Part shown: positions 38,389-51,949 of the stretch, in pieces
Layout of the letters: each line of letters begins with the position of its first letter
How positions within the stretch are numbered: position 1 is the stretch's first letter
Assembly (NCBI GenBank): GCA_036172245.1
Contig: JAYWIR010000013.1
Span: 1,736,001-1,800,000 of the forward strand
From: Raillietiella orientalis
Taxonomy: Eukaryota
Direction: 5' to 3'
Length of the DNA stretch: 64,000 bases
Translations under genes and position numbers: made by a program
Notes under the pieces: model-generated
What the model saw: the letters and a program-made list of their open reading frames with translations, nothing else
What the model was told of the DNA's origin: nothing
Databases searched by the model: none

Positions 38389-40859
38389 TCACTTAAACAA
38401 AATGTATGAACTCCCGCATCGTAGTTGCCAGAATCCTTTCTGAATTTTTACAAATATTCATTGGCATCTAAAAAATTATCTATTAAGGGAAAGGGGGTGT
38501 TATTTCATGATGGGATAGCATAGAACAACGGAATAATAAAGAGAATTCCATGAAGCATTCGTAATCATCAATTTTTCAATAAAAATTTCAAATCGTTATG
38601 TCATTGCATTTGGAGAAAACATGCATAGAAAATCACCGCCGAATGCTTTAGTCATCACGAACTAAAAAGTATCCATTTCATTTTATATATTTCCATGAAT
38701 GCAGTTTTGAATGTGTATTTCTGACAGATCTAAGTCAGCTGAGCAACTATTCAGTCGTTATGCTTCCAGATTTGTGGTTTTACATTAAATTAAATTTTGC
38801 ACTTTTCTCATTGTCCACACCGCACTGTACATTTTCGGACTTCGTTGTTAGGAAGCCAATTTCTGTATTAGAAATCGAAATCAACAGAACACTAATTAAT
38901 TATAAGCATGGAAAGCAATAAACAATAACGATGAAATCAAGTATTTTAAATCGAAAGATGCTTAGTTTGTGATAATTATTCATTCTCGCTCCATAATTAA
39001 TATTCATATAATACGACGTAATCACAAATTAGCCCTGAACTCAGTACTCAGTACCTTTATTTGTAGAGAAATGCCCCTGATCTTTTCGTTTATGATAACA
39101 ATCAGTGGGTATTTATGAATTAGCAAAGTACCCGTCTCTTATCGCGGATGGAGGGTTTTTATGCAGTTTCACCTTTATTGAGATTTTTTAGACAAACTCT
39201 CTTACATTTTGTTGATTGTTTTTTTAAACATAAAATGCAAGAAATTTCCTTTAAATGATTTGTTTTTCTAGGAAAATTCAGCGCCCATATAAGCAAGGAA
39301 GTGGAAATGAGAATCGCAGCTTTAAGAAAGAAGCTTTTGAAGTTAGAAACCCAACTTCTGATCCTAGTTGCTTTTCAGTTTTTCTAAATTTGCTGATTTC
39401 CACTCAGCACTCTCTTAAAAAGGAAAAAGCAAAATGAAAACAAAAAAACAAACTCATACAATGATGAAACTAATCGGGAATATGCTGGGCAATGTATTCA
39501 GCTTGCACTCTTGCTTAGGTTCAATTTAAAATGATGCATTTTGCTAATTACACATGATATGTACCGAATGCACTCGATGAAGAGTTTCAAAAAAAGGTAT
39601 CCGAAAACTTTGCAGATACTGTAATTCCACTTGCAATTTAGATTTCGGAATTTCATGAGAGTAAAGATACTCTTGGTCAAAAACACTCGAGATCCATATT
39701 CTAATACACAATTCATATCCCCCAAATCATGGCGTTCTTGGTTCACATACAAGAGAAACTTCATTCTAGTATTAATCGCACTAAAATTGTTAAAGGAATC
39801 TATGAAATATAATTATTCTTATCATTTGTAATGCTTGTCCATACATTCCTTTAATGTTCGATTGTAAAAAAAAAAAACAAATAACAAATAAATTTAGTGA
39901 ACTCTTTAATCAGTTTCTTGTTTCTTCAACGAATTGGTCGAATTTCTCAAACGGAATGTAAAGTGTTTATACTGCTGTGATGGGCATAAGCAATCTTCAG
40001 CACCGTATTCATTCGGTCTGATTTGTGAGCTGAGCAGCCTGTGGCACGATATTTGCAAGGTGTTGGAAGACCCAATATTATTAATATAAGAAAAGTGACA
40101 TGTATTGTAGGATCACATATGGTAACATCTTTTGCAGGTCTAGAAATGACTCTGGTATCGAGCAATAACATAAGCCTCACCGTTATTACATCATTTTTTG
40201 TAATTCTCTTCTGAATCAAAAACTTCACGAAAGTCTGATGATTGACTGGTTCTCATTGTTTCCTGATGACGGTTGTACCGATCTCTACTAGAAAAAAATT
40301 ATTTGTGTTTTTCAGCTTCATCTGGGAGCGTTTGTACTTGGCTTTCCTAATAACCTGTTATCTTTCCAGTATTGCTTTCGAGGCTAAGCACGTGCTATAC
40401 TCTGAAATAACAGGGACTCTATCATATAAAGCATCTTGTGTTTTTTCAAAAGCTTCAGTTGAAGTTGGTATACCTTTCCTCTGATTTATCTTGAAAGTCA
40501 GGAGCACTCTCGTTTATAGGCTATTTATTTTTATTCAGGAGCCCATTCCAACGCAGTTTCTTCAGAGACCATCATCTTGTTGCAATCCTAAACTCGTTCT
40601 TTATTATTTTGATTCCTCTGCAAGTTAACATTAATTAGACCTATGCAAGATGCATAGAGTACTGTTACTAAAGGCGTCATCAGAATGTGAACGAGTACTT
40701 GGTGATGCTTTGTCACTTTTAGTGAGAGTTGAAGTTGCAAGCGCTCTGACAAGATGACAGAACTCAGTTTTCAGCAGACCGCGTTGCCTGTGCATCCGAA
40801 AAGCGGTGGCACGTGGAATTCGCGTGTCGCGAAGACTGACGACGTGATCAAGAAATTTC

Positions 40860-41620
40860 GTTTACTCTAATGACAAAATCAAGACAGAACGGAAGGATTT
40901 GGGGGAGGGAAAGAAGGGGAGGGTCCAAACATTCAAGAAATAGGAAAAAAAGTGAAAACTGTTAGAACTATTTGGCTTGTTCGCGAACAAGAAAGCAGCG
41001 AACCGATTCCCGAGAATTCCAGACCTCTGCCTCCTGTGCCGTCCTGTGCACCCGGATCCCACGCATCCGGTTTGCAGGAAGCACACGTGTAGAAGCATTC
41101 CGTCACCGACAGAAACGCTGAGGTCATGCAAGCCATGTTCACCGGAGAGGATGGTGCACCTGATTTGGATGTAGGGTGCGAGACCCATGGAAACAAAAAG
41201 CTGTCATTCGGTTCAGCGCCTCGGAAACCAAGCCGAGAACAAACAAGCGCTATCGTATTTTCTTCGGCAGGTCACGGGTGACTGACGTAACGGTTGAGGA
41301 GATTTAGTTGTTTGCACTCGGACGAGATCGATGCGGCATTCTCTAACTTAGCAGCGCTTGGTCGGCAGTTGCTGGCATTCTTTCTAAAGGTCCCATGAGT
41401 TACATGGCCGAGAACTATCTTTCTTTATCCAGCTTGATGAATGGACGCATAATAACGCGAGATTTGTACCCTGCCTTGACCCGAGGTGCATCCATTTCGT
41501 CAGAGGAAGGGAGACAAGGTGGGGGGGAGAAGGAGGGAGCATGTATGGCGTTCTTCGTCGTCCATTTCTGGAAAGCAGCCTTCCTCCCCTGAACGTGGTT
41601 TCTTTTTGCCTGAGTGTCTC
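40860..41620 (-). mobile_element. Degenerate LINE RT fragment and 3' end
   Basis: GSRQGTNLALL resembles GVRQGxxLSP. gggtgcacaggacggc followed by T-rich and C-rich tracts resembles the 3' ends at 10640 and 62540. Confidence 0.5.
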
Positions 41621-41720
41621 TCGGAGCTTACAACGCTGCGGATTCAGAAAACTAAGGCAGGAGATTCTCAATCTGCTTGTGCTTTGTTACGTTTTGTTTT
41701 GTTTTCTTGTTCCTTTGCAA

Positions 41721-43615
41721 ATCGAGTTGCTGTAGGAACGGAAAAAAGTGACTGACCGGGAGTGCCTCCTTTCAGGACACCGCTGTCAGTCGAGGGTCAC
41801 TCTAAACTGCTGCCAGCATCCTTCAACAGTGCGAATCATCGCTCCACCTTCGCGCTCCGATCGGAATGCAAATCGCACTCGTTTAGGGGTCGCCGCTGGC
41901 GCTGTTCATCCTGACTGGTGACCCGGAACGTGTGCATCCAGCACACGTTCAGCAGCTGCACGCCGGACGCCCGCCATCCACCCTCTGAGCACCTCAAATG
42001 CGTTCCTCCTCCGCGCGCGGGGCGACCCCGCGTTCGGGAGCACCTCACGTCGACACCGGTCCCCGGGCAGCCAGGAATCCCGCCCCGGGTGCTCATGCAG
42101 AAGGCAGCACTCCCCTAGCGGCGGAAAGGAGAGACAGCCGCCCAGCGTTTTCTCTCCCCCTTCCTTCCTTCCTTCTCCCAGCGCTGTTGCCGGACCCCAG
42201 GGGAGAATGGGAAGCTTCAAGCGTGGAGGCTGGACTCTGCAGCAGCAGATCTTCCGCCGTCTCCCAGCGTGAGGTGGTGGTCGGAGGTCACCTCACCCCC
42301 CTTTTTACTCCTGTGTCGCTTCCTTTGGCCACCTGCGCCTGCTCAGAGATGGGGGCCGCCCACTGCTCGCGCGAGGCTCCTCCCACATCAAGCACAGGCT
42401 TAGCGTACGCCCTGCACCATTTCCTGCAGACACCACCCTCACGAGAAGCCAGGTTCAGGCAGGCAACAGGAGGGAAGCGCGGGCGGACTTTTCATAACGG
42501 CCGACTTCCGGGATCACCGAGAAAATTCCCGGGTCGGCGTGCTGCTGCTGGCTTATCCCTCCTTCCAGCAGCGGAGGATTCCCCAGCGATCGGTCCGCAA
42601 CTTCTCTGCGCGCAGATGGCTGTAGGCGCTTCCCGACCTTCGTGCCGTCGGGAAAACACCGGATGCCAGGTGCACCGCCCCAACGAGACACGTGAAGGAG
42701 CGAGGATGCTCAAAGGATCGAAGTTGCTTGCTGCTCTCGGGCGTGGGAATGGCTCTGCCGCCGACTTGCGTTTTTCCCATACGTTTCCCTTTATCGCGTC
42801 TTTCGCTCCTCCTGGAGGATCGAAGTCACCGCATACGGGACTTTCGAAGGAGGGGAGTGCCTGACTCCGTCGCCATTGACCCTTCTCGATTGTTCCAGCG
42901 AAGATGGCGTTGCTGAACAGCCTTGGTACATGGACCCTGAGCGCGAGATGGCTTCCGGGGAGCGTCCTGGAGGAAACCTGGATGAATTCCATCATCTCAC
43001 ACATCCCTTCTGCTGTTTGTTTCCTTCTGGGTAGGCACCCGGGGGTCCCAGGGTTTCCTTCCTCCCGCCTGCTGCGGGGGCGAAGACTGTGAAGCAGCTG
43101 ATGGCCAAAAAAGTGATAGGTGGCCGCCGCTAGTACAAGAAAGCATACGAAACGCAGGTCTTCAACCTAAGCCCAAGGCTAAACCTACAAGCAGTGCCTG
43201 GACTTGAAATCCATACACTTCTTTTTTCGGGATCCAGTTCGGGGACAGGCATCTGGTGTGGCATTCCCGAAGAGGTTCCAGGTCTTGAGGTGAGGTGCTC
43301 CCGAAACGCGGGGTCGCCCCCCGCGCGGAGGAGGAACGCACTCGGGGCGCTCAGGGGGTGGATAGCGGGAGTCCCGCGTGCAGCTGCTGAACGTGTGCTG
43401 GACGCACACTTCCGGGTCACCAGTCAGGATGAACAGCGCCAGCGGCGACCATTAAATGGGTGCGATTTGCATTCCGATCGGAACGCGAAGGTGGAGCGAT
43501 GATTCGCACTGTTGAAGGATCTGGCAGCAGTTTAGAGTGACTTCGACTGACAGCGGTGTCCTGAAAGGAGGCACTCCCAGTCAGTCACTTCCTTCCGTTC
43601 CCACAGCAACACGAT
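41721..43615. repeat. Inverted repeat pair, ~330-bp arms (41721-42048, 43290-43615), ~1.2-kb spacer
   Basis: Arms are reverse complements at roughly 90% identity by eye. The ORF track shows the shared peptide FRVTSQDEQRQRRPLN on opposite strands. Confidence 0.95.
42450..43020 (-). mobile_element. Degenerate LINE APE fragment
   Basis: LRVHVP (NVYAP) followed by SPVCGDFD (GDFN). Confidence 0.55.
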
Positions 43616-46600
43616 CGGATGTCTGCACCAGCAACTGAAAACTGAAGTATTCTTTTAGCGTAAAAAAAAAAAAAAAAAATGCCTCTGTACCAACAGATTG
43701 TTTGGCTCTTCACTAATGGAAGAAGCGTTCAAGAGGCTGAGTCTATGTGCCAATCCAAGGGAGGGAAAGAGGGAGCAGGAAAACTTGGAGACTAACACCA
43801 AGGCGCCTGGAAGGGGTTGAGTTCACGCAGACCTCAACTACCAAGTCGACCGAGGCTGTTTTGTCCTTCACCGTCAACAGGGAGTGCTCGGGGAATTCGG
43901 CCAGGAGAGTCGCTTCCGCGTTCAGTAGTTACAGCGAAAGAATCCATGGAGATTGCTTTAATGACAGGCATCAGTAGCGTAGTTGGATGACGGAGTCGCA
44001 TGAATCACGATCTCTTCTGAGAGCTCGTTTAAGATATCCTTCCCTGTTCTGCTAGGCGAGTGCACGAAATGCATTGTCGAGGAATCCTCACTTTCTCGAT
44101 TATTCCATTGCCATCTCTCCATTCACATCATCAAATTTACAAGGCTCCCTCCTCCTCCCTCCCCCCCAAAAAACGGATTTGATTCCTCTTAATTATTGAG
44201 CACTACCCAATGGTAAGAGTAGCACGTGAGGAAATAGCCTTAGTGAGCATCCCAATTGAGGAAACAGTCATCGTTTCTTGGTTCTTTCACTTCCTCATGC
44301 GACCAGAACCTTCTTAATTGTCTGCATGCATCCCCTCACGTTGAGTTCGAGGGTTGCAATTAGTTCAGCTTTTATTGTTTCTAAAACAGTGATATCCCCT
44401 TGCTTCTTTCTTTCCTTCTTTTGTAATTTCTTTATTAGTCCTCCGAGGAATTATCACGAGACGCTTCCCCCGAAGAAATGCTCGCTCCGGAGGGAGGCAC
44501 AGCAGCGCCCATTTTCCGTGCCTCCAGGTGCTCACCTCCATTCCATATTTCATGGAAGTGTGTTCCTTCCGTGTTCTGGAAGATCCGACTCGTAATCGAT
44601 GGCTTCGGAGAACGGGAGACCACCTTCCGAAGTTTCTAAGCACAATTTATCACCATTTCTCACGCCAGCCTGGAGCCTTTGTGAAAATGGTGCGTTAGGG
44701 ACCTGCCATAGAAGGGCCAGCTTCCTCATGAAATGGACAGGAGACATCCTCCAAGTGTGTCTGAAAATCATAAACGAATAAATGGCTAAGGCTCTGTGAT
44801 CTCCACGAAATGACACAAGGCATCCACGTCCCCAGGGACCTGCCTAAAAAATCCTTCCGAAAAAAATTCATTCATTATCCGCTTTGGAGGCATCGAAAAC
44901 GGCAGCATCCAGGTAAAAAAAACGCTCCTAACGTTACGCTGCTAGGTAACCATGAAACGCCTCGCTCTGTTTTTTTTTATTCAACGCAATTCATTCGCAG
45001 TCTTGGCCCGAAACCACAAGCGCCCGTTATTCTGCAAAGTCGCCATTGTGAGCCACCCGCCCATATTGCAGTGATGATGCAAGCCTGATGGAATCCTCCA
45101 CATCTATCAGCAATGGTCATCCGGCGGAGATCAAAATCGGCTTACTTCGGGAGACGATGATGTTGTGGCAGCTTGCGTGGTGGTGTTTGCTGCCCTTATC
45201 CGGGACAATACGATGCAAAGGGTGCAGCCACGGGGGAGCGATCAGGAAATTTTTATTCGTAGTCACCTATCCTACCTGCTTTGTAAGAAGAGCCCAAGGG
45301 TCGGTTGGCTCTCAGATGGCTATCGCTTCGCGCACTTGTTTTGAGAAAGGCCCCTAGCCCTAGGGAACAACATTGAAGCGTGGCCGAAGAGATCGGCAAT
45401 AATTTCTTCCCTCCCCCCCTTCTCCAACTGGTGCTTCCAGAAAGCTGAAAATCCTGAAACCCTGATGTCGTTCCGGGTTTCTTTAGAATTGCTTGCGATT
45501 TGAGGGCGCCCGGGAAGCCGTTCTTTTTCCATGAAGTCACTTCCATTAATGAACCCAGAAGGAGCACAGGGCAAGTTAAGTGGCGAACGAATGAGGGGCT
45601 GGAGAAAAGTAATCTTGGAGCATCTCGTTCGTAAACGCATCTCCTTCATGTGTGTTTTTTTTTTTCTTCGAAAACGTTCCGAATCAAAAGTTGGTATAGT
45701 TCCTTCAGCAAACTGTCTTCATGGTTTCGAGCACCGACGCTTCAGCCAGAACATTCCAAGTCATTCTGTGAAAAGCGTATGTCTTCCAGAATGGGAGAAG
45801 GGGTGTGTCCGTCAGCGCACGTTTGGACAGCCGGATTCTTTCTGTCTTTTTGCTAAATGTCCACGATACCACGTACGTGCTCATTTCCTCGGCGGCTTCC
45901 CACATCCTGTTTGCCTGAATCCTCTGTCTCGTTTCGAAACGTCAAACATTGCAGCGAGCAGCGTCCTGACGTTTGTCTCGATTTTTTTTGCTGTTGTTGC
46001 AGCAGCTACACTCTACTTACAGTACTGCAAACCAAAAAAAGAAAGGCGAATTTTTTTTTTTTTTTTTTGGTAGCTTCTTATTAGCTCTCACAGAAGAGTA
46101 GTTGTTTTCAGTAGAACAAATAGAATTCCAAACAGAGCCAAAACGTCCATAAAATTTGGATTTGTAATTGATAGAATTTTTGTTGGCTCTTGAAGTAGTC
46201 ATGAAACAGCTGGCGTGTCAGCAAAGGAGTTTTTTTTCACAACACCATAGAGGGACAGAGAGGTAATCTTTCCAAGAATCTGCTTCGATGTCTCTTGGAT
46301 TTTAGAACGGTTTCGGCATTCGCTGGTTTGCTGCCTCACGTAATAAGAGTCCGTCTTTTTCTTCGCGAGATGGCCGAATCCTGAAAAGAATTATCTGCTC
46401 TTATAAATCAGCGAACTGTCCACTCTGTGTGCGGTGTTCCAGTGCATTATCCTCCCGCAGTATCCGTTTTCGGATTCGCATTCCTCTCTGTGTGCGGTAT
46501 CAGCCTCTGGAAGGAAAGAAAAAAGAGAGAGAAAGAGAGAGAGAAAAAAAAATGCAAAAAGTATGCAACCTACACCTGCGTAGCGCCTTGAGAACACGCG

Positions 46601-47149
46601 TACGAGGTGAGAGGTCCTTGACAGATCATTTTGTGACCGTCGAGCACAGAGTGACGCGGGCTGTCACACATCGAGCTGCCGCAGCGTGCTTTCGGTTCTA
46701 AACGCTGCGCAGCTCCATCCGGTGTTTCCAGGCGCGCAATTAACCGAGGGTGATTATGGCAATCCTGATTGCACTTAAGTGGAGACCACACGCGTGTGCG
46801 GCAGCACTGAAACAAATCACAACAACCACGTATCCTTGTCGGGAATTCATTAATGGTGGTTAATTTTATGCGATGGCGGACAGTGGGACGATTTTTTTTT
46901 TTTCTTTTTCCGTGCATGTTTTTGTTTTTTTTTTGGCCGATCGGATCTGCGGAGCATGGCGACCGTCGCTCACGACGTGTCAAAGTGAAGCCCGCAGCTC
47001 TTCCAGTGCTGCGACGAGATGCCTTATCAAGTTCTGGACGGCAGACTATCTCCTTTTTTTTGTTTTTTTTTTTGCCACCCGATTCCATCGGTCCTCTCCG
47101 CCGCACCCGTTAATGACTCGCCGCCGCCGCTCGTGTCTCGGGAAACGTC

Positions 47150-47950
47150 GATCCGCTTGTGAATCGCAAGGTGGGCGAGGAGCGCGGGAGGTGCGTCCTT
47201 CCCTCCCCGGGTGGACAGCAGCGCACGTTCGCGGATCCATTCTTGCGTGCGATCTTGGAACGGGAACCGGTTGCGTTCGTTCGTTCACCTTTCCGCGCAA
47301 CACTCCTCTCTGTTTTTGTTTTCCTTTGCCTTTCTTCATTTTCTCATCACGTTCGCCTCTTCCTTCCAGGACCGCATCCCTCTTGCCCTACAGCAGGCGC
47401 GACGCCTCGAAAACGAAGAAGCGATTTCACCAGAAGCAATCACCAATCGTTTCTTCCTTCCTTTCTTTGTGGCTAGAGGTTTCACTCCAAGCAAGCGCTC
47501 TCGAAGTCTCGCTCTGATGCGGCTCGACGGCACCGTCGCAGGCTGATCCGGTTTGGCGATTCTCGAGAGTGGAGACTCGGACACTTGTGGCGCCCGGAAA
47601 CAAAAGACAGATTTTTTGCCTTGTACGAGCACGCCGGGAGTTCCTGGGCCGGCCTCTTCGTTCCGGCGGACCCAGCAACAGCGAGGATACAGTCTCTATC
47701 CCTGCTTTCCACTGAAATGGTGAGCATCTCTTGCGACGACCCCGGCCGGGACCACCTGCGGTACGGGGCTCATTCTATCCTCGAGGAAGAGCGTATGGGG
47801 ACGTCTCTCCGACAAGTCTTCGGTGCTCAGAAGACGACGCGCAGGACAGAAGAGCCGGGGCCGGGGGCCTGCTGAGACCCGGGAGAGAAGCTCTGCACGA
47901 GGTTCCCGAGCGCCCCTCGGTCGCAGGGGCGTGAGTCGGTAGTCGCCGTC
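47150..47950 (-). mobile_element. Degenerate LINE RT N-terminal half
   Basis: QAPGPGS (KAPGPDG), LVQGKK..FRAP..RIRARL (IPKKG..WRPI..LAxRL). Confidence 0.5.
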
Positions 47951-48299
47951 CGTCGCGTGAGGTGCGCCCATGGGCGGCGCTCACAGTCACAACCGCACGG
48001 AGCGCTGAGAAAAGTGGTGTTCTCGTTCCGTGGAAAGAGACGGCGCCCCACGGTGAACCCTCGCCACGGAGAAAAGTCGAGCCTAGAGATGGTCGCACTT
48101 GTCGCCTCAGCGAGAGGTTACCGCGCCGTCCTGACGGCATGGGTTCTTGCTGTAGCCCTTCTTACTGAGTCTTTTTTTTTTTTTTTCCGGACAGCTGGAC
48201 CCTTGCTTGACCCAGAGGTCACGGCGTCTGCGTGCAATGGCGCTCCGAGACAGCTCCGTTCGTTCGGTCATCCCAGCAACTCCCTCACCAGTGGGCTGC

Positions 48300-50640
48300 T
48301 GCTGCGAAACGAGCCAGGGGAAGGCCACAACGTTCCGTGTGTCCGGCCGCTCCTCGCTCTCCGGAGAGCGCATGCGCAGCTCCGCGGCCGTCGACTCCGC
48401 CGGCGCCACTGTCGGTGCGCACTGGAGATGTGAGGCGGTTCCGCATACGTGCAGTTCTCGCCGCCCTCGGTTGTCAAGGGGGCGCGGCGGGCCGCCGACC
48501 CGAGGTCCGGGAGGCGCCGCGGAACTTCCGCCTGACCGCCGGGGGCAGCTCGGAGAAGCAGCCATCGGTCCGCGAGGAGGCGGCGGGTCCCGAGACACCG
48601 CGCAGCCCCGTGGGCTTTCCCGGCAACCCTTCGCGGCAGCGGGAGGGGCCGCCACCCCTCCCGCTGCCGGAGTCAGGTGGGCGGGCGAGGTGCGCGGCAG
48701 CAGGAAAAGAGGAAGAGGCCGCCTCATGAAGCCTCCGGCTGCATCTCCGCTCGTAGAGTGCAGCGCCGCTGACCCGGAAGCTCTCCATGCGCAGCAGGGC
48801 CCTACGGCGGCGGCGCCTGCCCCCTACCCTTCCGTCCCAGGTGCACTCGGCCACAGAACTCGCTCCCCCTTGCGTTCCTTAAGCTCTCCCGACGACCTCT
48901 TCCCGGTGAGTGCCCTCGGGTACCGGGACAACTCGCCGCCTCTCCACCCCGCGCGCGAACGGGAAACCGCGCAGCATCTCCTCCCGAGGGATGTATGCGA
49001 GCTCCTCCCCCCCTCACGAGCGTTCTGTTGGTGCCCTTCGGGAGGCGGAAGGAGGCGCCCTACCAGGCCGTGGTCTCGAGGCTCTCGCAAAGGGGTGCTT
49101 TCGGGAATCCCGCTCGGTTTCCCACCCCTTGAGGGCGCAGATGTTCCCTGCGGGCGCATTCCAGGAGCGGCCTCGAGCAGTTCGGGTTCGGACGGGGTAG
49201 GCTCCGTGCCGCCCCCCACACAAGGTCAGAGGGACACCTTTGGCTCTTCAGGGAGCCTCTGGTGCTCACGGTCGCTAGTTCAAGTTCAGGAGTTGGCCTG
49301 GTCTCTTCCGCGGAGAGCGCCCTCCGGGGAGAAATGAAGCAGAGGGTCCCCGAATCCATCCTCTTACCGGGGCGCGACCAGCAGGAGAGGTAAGGAGAGA
49401 GGGAGTGGGAGAACAGCAGTAGCAGGGGTGCAGGGAATGCTTTTAGGAATAGGGCAGATGGATCGACGGGAGATCCAGGAAGAGCTCAGCGGGAACGGTG
49501 CCGATGACCATGGCCCTTTCAGGGGCTCCTCGAATCCAGGCGCTGCAACTGGCAGGCGGATCTCAGAGAGGGAACTCCCGGTGCAGGGATAGCTGCAAGG
49601 CTACTCCACCCCACCTTCGCGCAGCCCGTTCCCGGGTCCTTGTCGCCCACAGCTCCCCGCTCCGGCAAGCGATCGTCCCAGGAAGAGGACGCCCGTGGGT
49701 CTTCTGCCACCCCACGAAAAATCCCACCCGGAGATGGGAGGCAGTGAGGTCGAGGGGTCACTGAGGCCGCGTTAGGGGTGACAGGCAAGTTTGCCGGACT
49801 AGACGACCGGCAGCGGGCCGCAGCAGCTGGCCTCCCTGGCAGCCAGACACCCTCTGCTTGTGAGCACCAGCCCGCCGGTAAGGCGAGGGGCTTCCCCCGA
49901 AACCCCGGGTCTCAGGTACCCCCTCAGAGGCCGGACTGCACGTCCGGCTGACTAACGCAGCGGCGCCAAAGACCCTCCTCTTCCTTCCGAGGGACTTCTG
50001 AGTTGGGAGCGAGCTCTTCAGTATTCCGCGCCGGAGGTGTCCCCGACGATATCGGGCAGCTCCTTTGCCTCAGTTAGTCTCCGGCCGCTACTGACATGGC
50101 ATGGGAGGCTCCCATGCTATGCGCACGCGCCGACGCCGCCGGACGAGGAGGGCGCGTCAGGCGTTGAGCTTCGCCAGGGTGCTGGAGAGTGGGGAGTCCT
50201 TCCCTCACCCTCTGGGGCACCGCGCTGCCCTCCGGACACCCTGCAGTAAGGCTTTTCCCATCCCAGGAGTGCTGCGAGACTCCTTTGTTCGGAGCGCCGC
50301 GTTGCCATGGTCTCGACGCCTCGCTGCCCGCGTGGAAGCGCTGCTGTGGGGCTGGCAGAGGGACGGTCAAGAGGAGTCCCACCTGGGAAGACGGAGGAGG
50401 GAGCTCGCTGGCATCCTTCCTAGGGCACGAAGGACCCGACTGGGGGGATTACGACCCCTCTTCCTACCTCTTTTCCCCCCTCATCCGAGGCAGATTACCT
50501 TTCCTGTTTTGTTTTTGTTTGCCATCTTCTTCTCTTCGTCCCCCTCCCCTTCCCCTCTCCCTTCCGTCCTCATTGCGGACCCCGTCAGCAACCCTCAACT
50601 CGGCGGGACTTTCGTGTGTTTGTCCCTTTCTCTGACACAG
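48300..50640 (+). mobile_element. Degenerate LINE fragments (ORF1 knuckle relic, ORF2 C-terminus, 3' UTR)
   Basis: HWRCEAVPHTC at ~48420, LTWHGRLPC at ~50095, then a T-rich and C-rich tail at 50500-50570. Confidence 0.45.
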
Positions 50641-51949
50641 GAACGCTTCAGCGGGAGCAGGATGGACTCCTCCCGCAGGTGACCTACACGCTCAGATCGT
50701 TAGGAGAGACCTCTGGCGGGATCTCGGCAAGGAAGAAATCCGTAAGGGAAAAGACACGAAAACCGGCTGCGTCCCGGAATGCGCCTCCTTGCCTCCTTAC
50801 AAAAGCTCCTTTCTTACACAAAGAATGAAACAGCCCTCTCTCCACACCCTCTGACCACGGCCCCTGGGCATTCTGGAAACAGGCTCGTTTCCCAGGAAAG
50901 AGGGGTCATTCTCTCCTCCTTGAAGATCAGCCAACCCCTTCCCGAGTCCTCGACCCCAGGAAGGGAGCGTCGTCCAGTCTCGACGGAGGCGTTTACCCCC
51001 CAGGAGAACATCCGACGGTGGCTGCTTTTGGTCGCTCCGCAGGGAGGCACGGAGGGCGACTCTCGCAAAAGAGGTGGAGGAGGAGACCGAAAGAAGGTCG
51101 GCTCCTGCGGAAGCCCTGAAGGGCTTCCGCAGGAGCAGAGCCCGGAAAATCTCGAATGCCTGACGGCGGCGAAGAGGAGTGGGGCGTCTTCCTGGACCTT
51201 CGTTCGGCACTCCCCTGCGCTCTCTTCGGCCTAAATCCACGTGGAAGGGGGGCGCCGTCTCCCTGCGGGGAGCGGGAGGAGCCGTTCCTGATCATCGTCA
51301 ATGGCCGCGACCCGAGGGCGTTGACGATGAAGGCTCCTGCTATTTGATGTATCTGGCCGACCTCCTGCAGGCACTTCCGGACAACCAGGATGGCGCCTTC
51401 TCTCGCATCGCAGGAAACTTGGGCGTCGGGAGCTGCTCTTTCGGTTCCTCCAGAGCGCCTTCCAGGTCCCACGTGCTCATGCTCGACACGGAACTTCCAG
51501 GTTGCCTGCAGGCATCACAAGGACGGCCTTTCCGGGGTGGGTTGCTACTGAATTCCCCTCCTCCCTCTTCAGTGACGTCCGCTCTCACGAAGCCTCAAGA
51601 GTTTGTGACGGCTGCCGAAAGCTCGTTTGCGAGTCGGTGCGGGACCGCTATCATTTTGAACCCATTTCCTCGAGACCCGCTTTCGGTTCTTTCCTCGCTA
51701 CACCCGGTGCACTGTCACGCGGAAATGAACCTCTCGTGGCGTCTCTTCCGATGGCACGCACACTCTCTGCGAGTTCGTGCTTCGCGACCAAGGGGAGGGA
51801 GAAGAAGTGGACAGCGCAGCCAGCTCCCCCTTCTGTCGGGTGCTGCCCCCGTCCCTGGCAACGCTTCCGTGAGGGCGCGGTGGTCACCCGAATCGAGGAT
51901 TCGAGGATCCGCACAGTCTCCTTGACGAACAGGAGGGTCGGATCGATGC

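Noticed and set aside
39900..40780. Second gene upstream of SA
   Set aside because: No sustained ORF, recognisable motif or consistent exon chain.
43650..46100. Additional transposon or gene
   Set aside because: Probably decayed coding sequence, but no motif could be identified.
48207..49337. 376-aa ORF and the many overlapping 150-290 aa ORFs in the GC-rich flanks
   Set aside because: R/G/P/S/A-rich, open in several frames, expected from high GC content; no coherent domain.
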